Below, one piece after another: positions 35,100 through 45,900 of a DNA stretch of 64,000 nucleotides (position 1 is its first letter; each line of letters begins with the position of its first letter). Both the position numbers and the translations under genes were made by a program. The notes beneath the pieces were generated by a model. That model was given only the letters and a program-made list of their open reading frames with translations. It was not told the origin of the DNA and searched no databases. The stretch lies in assembly GCA_965645245.1 (NCBI GenBank), contig OZ287079.1, positions 1,798,001 through 1,862,000 of the forward strand. The letters are read 5' to 3'. The DNA is from Massalongia carnosa (taxonomy: Eukaryota).

Positions 35100-37535
35100 G
35101 TCAGAAGGGAAAACGTTCCATGAAGCTTCCTGACCCACCGGTATTTTCCGACGAAAAGAAACCGAACATCGTGTTGGAACTGTGACTGCAACAGGCGGAA
35201 TGGTAGCACTGGGTAATTGATATGACTAGTTCGACAAACGAGTTCTTGCACATGGAGAACAAACTGGGAGAAACGATTGACTATCTACCACTACGTAGGG
35301 TAAAACTGCTCCTATTTATGCCCCGTCCACCAGTCATTCCAGAAGCCTCCATTCCCATCTCACCGGCTGTTTCTTCCGATGCGATTTCTGACTCCATGCA
35401 AATTTGCCACCGCCACAGGCCATTCCTTGCCGAGGTAGATGCAAATTGCTTTGTCAGCTAGTTTCGGTATTTGGCATCGGTTGCCCGTTTTAACACATCG
35501 ATCATTGGCTAGCCAAGATGCGAAGCAAGTTGTTGGCCAATGAGGACCATATGTCAACCGAGATATTGCGACAAGCCTATGTAGAGAATCGAGTGAATGG
35601 CGATGCCATGCGACACATAGAAGCCAGACTGAGGAAAGGGGCCGCCAAACCTTTCGAGACCGCTGAGGAAATGTTGGAATTATTGGAACGAATTTATGGG
35701 GACCCCAATCGAAAACACACTGCTATGAAGGCATTTAGAGCCTTGCGCATGGGAAGTAAGGACTTCAATTCTTTCTAGTCCGAATTTCAACGACTATCTT
35801 CGGAGTTAGATTATAGCCCCTCCACCCTTATTGATGAACTCACTCACAAGCTCTCCTTGGACATGAAAAAGCAACTGGCCATCGGAAATCAGGAACCCAC
35901 GGACATTTATGAGTATGCTCATCGTTGCCAGCGAATTTTTCAAGCTTTGAAAGATGTCGAGAGTTCAAAAGCGAGCTATGATCGAATGAACGAAGGAAGG
36001 AAAAACGTCATCAAAGCATCAACACCCTTCAAGCCTAGAGTGGACACTCCTGCATCCAAACCTTCAACCAATCGAGATCATCGATGAAGACCTTACCCTC
36101 GCAGAAAAATCAAACATAGAAATCTTTCAGATGAGACCTGCAACCGAATGAGGAGTAAGTTGACCGAAGAGGACTATAAAGAGTCACCGGAACTAGACCC
36201 GCTCTCCAGCATCAAGGATTGTGTAATCAAGAAAGGCCACCTCTATAAAGCCGAACGCTTATGGGTTCCCGCTGACGATGATTTGATCCTCGATGTAATT
36301 CGACAAATTCATGATCAAGTAGCAGTTGGACACCCCGCAATGGCAAAAACACAACGAACAATCGCCAGGGACTACTATTGGCCAGGCATGTTGAACTCCA
36401 TTCGACGTTATGTCAGAAATTGCCATGTGTGCAAACGAGCCAAAGCACCCAGGGACAAATACAATGGAGTACTGAAACCCCTGCCAGTTCCTGAAAGACC
36501 ATGGACAGACATTTCGATGGATTATGTAACTGGACTTCCAGAATCCCAAAATGGTCACATTGCAATTTTGATGGTAGTCAACCGATTGTCAAAGGAACGG
36601 CACTACATTCCATGCACGGCCAAGGACGAGGGAACAACCGCTGAAGCCACCGCTAAACTGCTGATTGGGAATGTTTGGAGGTATCACGGCCTCCCAACCA
36701 GTATGATTTCTGATCGAGGACCGCAGTTCGTTTCCGACACCTGGAAGGGCATGTGTAAAATCCTAGGAATCATCGCAAAGCTTTCCATCGCATTTCATCC
36801 TGAAACTGACGGCCAAAGCGAAATAGTCAATCAAGAAATGGAACGACATCTTCGGAGTTTCACCAACTACTTTCAGGACAATTGGATTGAGCTATTGCCA
36901 ATGGCCGAGTTTGCAGCGAATTTCGGAAAATCAGAAATCACCCACCTTTCACCTTTTATAGTCAATCGAGGTTATGAACCAAGTATGAGTTTTAGTTTGA
37001 CCGACTTGTCGGCCGACACAACCCGTCAAAGACTCGCCAACGAAATAGCCAAGGACATCACCGAGGACATGGAGAAAGTTTGGGACTTCGTCCGAAACAG
37101 CACGACCAAAGCTCAGGAAAGACCAAGGACCGCCGCGGACCGGCACCGAAATGAAGTCACTTATGAGGAAGGAGATATGGTCTGGTTATCCACCAAAAAC
37201 ATCGAAACCGGAAGAAGCTCCAAAAAGCTGGACCATAAAATGATTGGACCATACCGAGTGGAAGAACTCATTGGATCCGCATGCCGATTAAAGCTACCAG
37301 CTTCCATGAAAATTCATGACGTCTTTCATACCACCTTATTGAGAAAAACAGCTGACGACCCTCTACTCGGACAAGTAAATGAACCACCTTCTTCGATAAT
37401 AGTAGACAACAAGGAAGAATGAGAAATGGATGACATACTGGACGCTCGGAGACAATGGTACGACGCAACAGGCTTCGAAAATGCTAAGGACATAGTGGAA
37501 GACTTCTATCTTCGACACCCCAACAAGCCCCGATG
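35100..37535 (+). mobile_element. Gypsy copy 3 (different family) relic: gag fragments joined to integrase/chromodomain; PR-RT-RH absent
   Basis: KLPDPPVF, ERIYGDPN gag motifs; ORF 36148-37422 integrase (HHCC, SDRGPQF, ETDGQSE, HDVFHTTLL). Confidence 0.8.
35172..35495. mobile_element. Solo LTR (324 bp) inserted in the Gypsy 3 gag
   Basis: TGTT...AACA; TSD CATCG (35167-35171 / 35496-35500); removal rejoins KKPNI-DHWLAKM. Confidence 0.85.
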
Positions 37536-37665
37536 AAGCATTTCCCGATTATGATAATTTTTATGATAGTCACTTTTGGTGCTAAAAACATAATATGTTC
37601 AATGAACCTCCACTAACTGACGAACTTTCGCGATCAGGTGATTCGCGATCTTAAGAATGGGGTAA

Positions 37666-38046
37666 TGTCACGGTTCAACCATATCCACCCAAGGCCAATC
37701 AAAGGAAAGTACGGCATCTGCCGGCGAACTAACCGCTTCCGTTACTCAACCCTTTTAGCAATCATAGGGGCAATCAACGGAAGTCTGAAAGGACTGAAAG
37801 GGACGTATCGGAACGACCTTCTAATGCAAACACAAATGGATGAAAGGGATAAAGGACAGAAAGACTGTTTGACTAAACTGTTCACTTATTGATGAAGACA
37901 CAAGGAGCTGGCTCGGGCCAAGCGAAAATCTATATAGACTCCTAGGGAGGGCAGCCTTTACTTGTTTCCTTTCTGCATCATTGATATTTTCTAGTGAATA
38001 GCTTCCCAGTAGATAGTCAATTCCACATCCTGGTTGAACCGTCACA
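37666..38046. mobile_element. Solo LTR, family C
   Basis: TGTCACGGTTCAACC...GGTTGAACCGTCACA; second copy at 48812-49162; flanks GGTAA / AAACT do not match. Confidence 0.85.
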
Positions 38047-39029
38047 AAACTAACCAAAAAACCCGCATTAGACAAGAAGATGAAGGCGGCTCGATTGAAA
38101 TAGTGTTTGGAGCATCAAGACTGGATTATAGAGGATTGGAAAAACGTCATCTGGTCAGACGAAACAATCGTTATGTTGAACATGCGTCGGGGTAAGATCA
38201 GGGTGTGGAGGATGCCTGAAGAGACGTACGAAAAACAGTCATCTGCCGTCGCTGGCATGGAAGCTCGGAGTTCATGTTTTGGGGATGTTTTTCATACGAC
38301 AAAAAAGGTTCTTTTCACATTTGGAGTAAAGAAATAGCTGCAGAAAAAAAACAAGCGACTAAAGAACTTGACGAAATAAACGAGGCTATAGAAAAAGACT
38401 GCAAATTAGAATGGGAGCTTTTTACAGGCATGCGACGTACAGGTCTTCGTAGGAAACCTGGCAAAAAACCTGTATGGAGGTTCACCAAAGACATAGGAAA
38501 GGTGACTAGAGAAGGCCAAAAAGGAGTTATCGATTGGTATCGCTATCAAAAAAAAATCCTCATACCTAAACTCCTTCCGTTTGCTAAGGAGTGTATGGTT
38601 GATCGTCCAAACACGGTGGTGCAGGAGGATAATGCACCTTCGCATGCACATAAAAATCAGCACAAGGTCTATATGGATTGGGGTGTCAATCGACTGTTTT
38701 GGTGTCCAAACTCACCCGATATGAATATGATCGAACCTTGCTGGTATTGGATGAAGCGAAGGACGACTCGTCATAGACCTCTTCGAAACAATAAAGAGGC
38801 GTCTTTGCGGTGGCAAATCTGCTGGTCGGAGCTATCACAAAAACGAATTCAAAAATGGATCGAGAGGATTCCACGTCATATTCAGGAGGTGATCGAGGCT
38901 GGAGGAGGAAATGAGTATCGAGAGGGACGTAAAAACGGTATAATAAGACCGTACGACAGCGAGGAACGTCGCCGTCGCTATAGGGTAGGATCCAATCAAC
39001 CTGAGGATGATAACTGGGAGGATGGGTAG
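38047..39029 (+). pseudogene. Tc1-type DD34E transposase, 5'-truncated and frameshifted
   Basis: VIWSDET, MFWGCF, QEDNAPSH...SPDMNMIEPCW (34 residues D-E). Confidence 0.85.
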
Positions 39030-39438
39030 TCGGTTTGAGGTGGTAGATGAGTATAATGAGGCAAAACTGGTGGTGGAGGGGTAGTTAGGGCTAGGGCTAT
39101 ACCTTCGTGCGCCGGTAACTCATCCACCCCAAAAGGGTTTAATGCATTACCGTAGGGCTGAGGGACGAACATCAAAATATTTACCTTTTCATCGTGTGGT
39201 AAACACCTGAATATCAATGTTTCACCTGATTTATATGGGTTAGCGGTAAATTTTAGCGGGGACGCATTACACTCCGTAAAAGAATGATCTACTCCGTATT
39301 GAGACATGCGAGCAAGCTCGTCTATATAGAGCTAATCTAGACTAGTCTCATCTGGACCTGCTCCTATCATGGAAGGACCAAAGGTTAAGCCGGGCTTATC
39401 ACGGAGATAAAGCAAGTGCTATGTTATATTACCGTGAC

Positions 39439-40260
39439 AAACGAGCCTCCTTGGAACGGTGAATGCTCGCATTGTCTTGCGTGAATATGGGACGACGACC
39501 CTGTGCTTTGAGAGCTTCGTACCAAGGAAACAGACATGATTCCAGAATCTGATTGATCTAACCAGTAGTGGCGATCGAGTCCTTTAACAGATCTTTATTT
39601 TTCCCCCTCTTTACCTTCTTCAAAGTCTTCTTAAACTCTACCAATTCGCTCGCCTGCTGTCCACATATCCCTCCCCAGACTATGACTGACTGTCCTCCCG
39701 AATGCTTGAAGATATTCAAACAATTGGAATAGTAGTACTTCTCCCCCGATCTTCCGGTAACGAACTGACGAGCTCTCTGTCCTGTTTCAAACGTGCTCTC
39801 ATCGATAAAAATAATGCGCGACCAGTCTTCTTCTTGCCAAGAGAGGTGCTCTCGTGCCCATTTGAGACGTTTGCGACGATTAATCCAGGAAATTAGAGGC
39901 TTGGGACAGGCCACACAGCGACGAAAGCCCGCTTTTCTAAGTGCTAGACGAATAGTCGATACGGAAGCTTGAATTTCAAGATTTCTGGCAATCTTCATGC
40001 AGGATGCTTGTCTACCATCTTTGGAACTCGTCACTGCACGTACAAGATGTCGCACGTCTCTGGAGCTGAGTTTGACAGGCCATCCTGAGCGAGGGTGTGT
40101 ATCGTGCTGAGGCTCTTCAGACTTTATCCATCTTCGTACAGTTGGTATGGGTACATCAGTTGTTTTAAAAATCCGAGCAGCTGACATATGATTGTCATGA
40201 TATAAATCTAGTACTCGCTGACGTGTGGGAGTTTCCCATTCACAACTGGGTCGATAGGGG
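39439..40260 (-). pseudogene. Tc1-type transposase, 3'-truncated
   Basis: HTH region, KPLISWINRRKRLKWAREH, IIFIDESTF, IVWGGI; ends after a frameshifted QDNASIH. Confidence 0.82.
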
Positions 40261-40334
40261 GGGTGATGCAGAGAAGATGAGGGGAAAGTTGCAAAATAAG
40301 CGAAAATCCATCAATACTTTTCGAGCTAACCTCG

Positions 40335-42125
40335 CACGCGGGGGAAGAAAAACTCGCAACGTGGAAGCGAGTTTACCCCATTAAAATTTATCCCTTTTTA
40401 CCTATCATCATCCATTAACCATGCCTCGACAACGAAAAAATCACTATGATACACCCGTAAGGGCCGGTGTTCAGGCCGTTCGTCGATATCTCGTGTCAAA
40501 TGCAATTCCAATTCGATCCACGAAATATTTTCAAAGAATTCGGAGTTTCGGAGCGCTCGGGCTACGAAATGCTTCAGAGCGGAGCTTCTTCGCGTACATA
40601 TCATCATTCAGATTTCATTGAAACGCGAGGCCGAAAACGAAATATCACTGAAGATCAGATAGCTGAGGCACATTGAATTCTACAAGATAAGGAGCTGCAG
40701 TTGGAGGGAAAACGCTACACTTGGGAGCAGTTGGCCATTGAAGTCGGGGCCGAGATCACGATTCGTACGATGAAGATTACTCTTCAAACGTGTCATGAAA
40801 TAAAGTTTGAGTTAAAACCCAATTGATTACCCCGAACCGCCAAGCGGCGATCGAGGTAAAAGCCACCTGAAAGCCTATTCAGATTCATCCTCGGTATGAG
40901 TCTGAATAAACCCCTTACTCCACTCCACCAATCTCCTCACTCCACTACACCCTCTTATCGCTAGAACGATCACATCCACTGGCCCACTTATCGCTCCACC
41001 TTATCGCCGCCACTATCACCCAAATCTCTCATCTAGGGTGAAGGTAAAACATGAGAAAGAAGGGGCTGGGGCTGGCTCAGGTATAAAAAGAGGACATATC
41101 CAGTAGATAGCTGACTCCTCGTCCGACGTCTTGTATAGCAAACCACCTCCTAGCTATAGCCTCATTAATAAAGACATCTTGATCATCCAATCCAATTCCT
41201 AGGAACATTAGTTCAATTCCCAACCCAGTCCTTGACAAAACGTCTTTGAATTATCACAAATGTCTAGCCTGTGTCAAAGGATGGCCGATCTATTAATGGA
41301 AAGAAGAATGGATTTTTCTACTATAATGCTAGCTAAATATCCCAAGTCGGAAGACTAGTATCGTGTACGATTCAGAGATGAAATACATTTTGGGTATGGG
41401 CCTGAAGAACAATTACAAATCATTCGTCAGCCTTGCACGCGATATCGTTGGGATTGCACAACATCGCGATCCGCCTTCTAAGAAAGATAGAAAAAGAAAA
41501 CATTGCTGGGCTGCTGTTGGTTATAATTTCAAATCAGATATCATCTTCTACGACGTTCCTAACAATAGCAACGGCAAGATGACTCATCAAGTACACATCA
41601 ACTTCATTCTCGAGCCCGTTGTTAAGCCGTGGCTGAACGAGGTGACGAATTCGTGCTAGAAGAAGATAGAGAATTGGGACATGGCACGGGCAAAACGAGA
41701 AATGCGGTCAAAAAATGGAAGGAAGATCATTATTTGAAGTACTATTTCAACTGTGCTTCCTCACCTGACTTGGCCGTTATTGAAAACTGCTGGCAGCCAA
41801 TCGAACAGCACGTACGAAAATATCCTCGCTGGGACGATGCATCTCTAGAGGAGTTGATTCGTGAGGGGTAGAGTCGGGGAAGTCAGGAGTTCATCAATGA
41901 AAAAGTACGTTCAATGCCCGATAGATTGAAAGAGGTAAAAGAAGCTCAGGGTAGGATGACGGGCTATTGAATTGATGTAAATAGTAAAATTTCAATGATT
42001 ATTTCAATAATTATTTCAATGATAATTCACGATAATTGCAAATGAGATGGGTAATAATGAAAAAAGGAGGAAACTTTAATAGGGTAAACTCGCTTACACG
42101 TTGCGAGTTTTTTCTTCCCTCGTAC
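40335..42125 (+). mobile_element. Tc1/IS630-type DD38E transposon related to 14521-16872
   Basis: TIR CACGCGGGGGAAGAAAAACTCGCAACGTG (right end degenerate); transposase relic 40421-41970 (HCWAAVGYNFKSD, VLEED, SPDLAVIENCW, MTGY*); flanks CCTCG / CCTTG. Confidence 0.82.
40791..41237. mobile_element. Solo LTR (447 bp)
   Basis: TGTCA...TGACA; TSD AAACG (40786-40790 / 41238-41242). Confidence 0.88.
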
Positions 42126-42940
42126 CCTTGTACTTTGCCACACTTTCGCTTATTAAAACGATTACTGGTAGTGTGGCACGATTATAACTGATGCGATATC
42201 CCTCTCGCTGGTGAATTGGCACCCCCCTCCCGCACTAGCTATAGATGGTTTAGAGCTCCCGAAACCTTAAATATCTACCAATCAAATAAGCGGCTTGCTA
42301 CCCCTTTCTGACCTTTTTTAAGAATTGCCCAATCAATTACTATCTACCTGAACTCCATCTACTTCTTTCAATTCAAATGTATTGCCGCCCAGCAGGCCAG
42401 ATTTTTACAACAAGGTCTGATTGGATGACATCCTCCACACGCCCATCTTGTTTGAGAACCTCGCTGCTTTCTTTTCCTGCCATTAGCGTCTCTTTCAGCC
42501 AAAGGCTCCCCTTTTCTTTTGGAGGACCTTGTTTTATTGATATTGCAGGGCTCGCATTTCCGCTTCTTCTCCAGATGAATATAATGGTGCTCGGGGGTAG
42601 AAATAAAGGCTTAGAGTTGGTCTGAATCCTTATCTTTGACTCATGAAGTCGGGTTTGTCCAGCGGGATTCTTCATCAGACTGAGGGCAAGATGATGAGTA
42701 ACATCCGTACGAGTGAGTTTTTTTCCTTCTTTTCTGAAGTCATCAATTAGATAGAGCTTGTATTCATTGAGCGCAGCAGCATCTAACAAAAAAATAAATA
42801 GTGGCCACCAATATCGATCGCTTCGGCGTTGATAAGAATAAACCGCTCTCTGCTGAGCCTTTCCATCTGACCCACCCATGTGAAGATTATATTCTCTGAC
42901 TGGTGCGGGAATCGGTAGGCCTAAAGGCCATGAAGGTATT

Positions 42941-45900
42941 TGTGAAACTAAGTGATGATCTTAGGTGGTGGCTCAGGGGCCTGAGGGATAGCATGGCCTT
43001 ATTAGGCCTAGTGTGGGCTAGCTCGCCGCACATAATGTAATATTAGCTACTGAGATAGAGCTTTCCTTCTAGACATTCATATTATCAAGAGTTCACCTCT
43101 ATTCACGAACCTCACTAGGTTCAACAGTTATGAGCCCGGATTGATCTGCAATCAATTCATCTTTCTATTAAATTCTGGAGACGCCATTAGCCACGTTTAA
43201 CATTGCCACGATTTGTCCTAAGGTTAGGACTTGGCCTGAGTTTTAAACAGCGAAAACCTCCATTTTTAACAGCCATTATTTTAGCAATGGCTGCTTCTTT
43301 TGACAACAAGCATAGGCTCATCCTTAACGACCCCAAGGATTGGGTTGGGTGGCTTTCTTACATCAGGAAATCCGTCAACGGCGAGACCTGGAAGCTGGTT
43401 GACCCAGATTTGCCAGAAAGACCGGCAAGGCTTCAAATGCCAGCTCTTCCGGCAAAAGCCACCGTTAATGAGGAAACTGGGCGGATAAGCAGTGCTGATT
43501 TAGAAGTATGGAAGATGAACAAATTATATTACGACGAGGAAAAGGATTTGTATGAAAAGCAGGACAAAGCATTGACCAGGGTGCATACCCTTATTCTCGA
43601 GTCAGTTTCAGCACGGATGGTGAATCATACGGCCTATACGGAACAGGACCCATACGACACCCTCATAGCTCTGAAACAACGGCTTAAACCTTCTAGCGCA
43701 AGCCTTTCTCTCGAAGTGGAAAGGAAGTTCCATCGTCTGGCCAAAGGACCTGGAAATCAGAACATAGAAGCTTGGCTAGATGAGTGGATAGATATGTATC
43801 ATGAGGCCAAAAGGCGAAAGATTTTCGAGATCACTGGCGAAAGGGCCATCCGCGATTTTTTGCTAGCTGTCAAGACCTTCAACCCTTATTATGCTAGCAA
43901 TCGACGGGGATTTCGTAAGAACATCGAGATACAGAACCAAGGCATGGCCGAGAACCCAATTCTAGGCCTAGGCCGTCAGCAACAACAATTCACCATGGAA
44001 CAGGAGATAGAGAGCCTGCGAGAGGATTATCGCGAAAATCAGACCTTAGCATTAAGAAACCCGGCCGCCCTAGCAACTCAGGCAAAACCTACGCTCAAAG
44101 GCAGAGATCAGGAAGGGAAGGACAAGGATAATAAATGCAGGGAAGGGAGGGGGCCCATGTGCCTCTGTGGTGATAAGATGTTTTATTCCAATTGTCCCTA
44201 CCTCGTTCCTAGCAAAGCACCACTAGGATGGAAGGAAGACCCAGAGAAAAGGAAAAAGGTCGATGAGGCATTAAAAAATAAAGAAACGAAAGAAAGGGTC
44301 GAGGGCTTTCTGAAACGTCAGGCCGAAAAGTCAAAGGCATCTTCATCGTCTGAAACAGCCAACACTCCTACAATTGCATTAAGGACTGAAGGTGGTGGTG
44401 CATTCGTCACGACTGATAATTCTGCATTTGCAACAGACATTTCTGGCATGGAGACTCTGCTAATTCATGACGCGGCCTCATCAGTGCACATTTGCAATAG
44501 GTGGTCGGCCCACCTCTATAAGAAAATCAGGGACTCACATAGCGATGAGTATCTGCAATCAGGAACTGACAAGGTCAGAATCGAAAGCTGGGGGGTGATG
44601 CACACCGCCTTTGAGACACCTAATGGACTCTATGGAGCATCTCTTCAAAACGTGGCCTATGCAGCAAATTTTATGACGAGTATTGTTTCAGGTGCTCTTT
44701 TAGAAAGCAAGAACGTAAGCCTAAATTCCAGAGGACCTCATTTGTTCACCGGCGACGACCCTACTAAAGTCGGATTTTGCCTCCATCGCCATGGATCATA
44801 CCTTACTTTCTCGGCCACAGGACTCCCACATCCATTTCCAGAGGGGGTTGCGAAAATTGAGCCGGAACCTGAATCAACAGCAACCAATCCTTCGGCCTAC
44901 GCGACTGAGGCTATACGGAGCAAGGCTGCAGAGGAATGGCATAGGATAATGGGTCACCCATCTGGTGAAACAATCAGCCACTTGGAGAAATCAACAGAGG
45001 GAATAAAAGTCCTGGAGTCGGAAGTCCCTAAAACAAATCAATGCGAGACGTGTGCGTTGACCAAAAGTCAACGAATAATCTCTCGATCCACCAACAAATC
45101 AGAAGATAAAACGGAGCCTTTTCATCGTATATCTATAGACCTGATGCTTTTCGAGACGTCATTAAATGGGCACGAATGGGCGACCCACATAGCCTGTATG
45201 GCTACTGACTTCAACATTTTAGAGACTCATCGCAGCAAGTCTGACTGCAGAGAGTTCATTTTGAATACGATCGCTATGATAAAACGGAGGTTTAAACGCG
45301 ACGTCGTGTTCATACGTTCTGACAACGAGGGTTCTTTTAACACCGCTTTCAGAGATGAAATCAAAGGCCTAGGAATCACCTTGGAACCTAGTAGTCCTGA
45401 TACGCCTGAACAGAACGGGCATGCGGAACGCAAAGGCAAGATGTTGGCTATAAAGGCAAGGGCATTGCGGATAGAGGCCGAGTTGCCTCACTACCTGTGG
45501 GTTGAGGCTATTCACACTGCTTGCTATTTAGCAAATCGCACACCTATGGCGAAACATAACTGGAAGACGCCTTACGAACTAGTCACCGGCCAAAAGCCTA
45601 ATTTATCACATTTGAAGGTCTACGGATGTAAGGCCTACGCGTTGAAACATCACATACCAAGGAAGCAAAAACTGGAACCTAGGGCCCATATAGGATATTT
45701 GGTAGGCTATGATTCAACAAACATCTTCAGAATTTGGATACCATCAAGGCGCAAAATCATACGATCAAGGGACGTCCTTTTCGATGAGGACGAGGTCCAT
45801 AGCCTTGTTGACCCACCAGACCTGTTGCATTTCCTCTCTACCACCGGAGATAATGCACCCTACATCATTACTGATCGCATGCGAAATGCACTAGCTGAGT

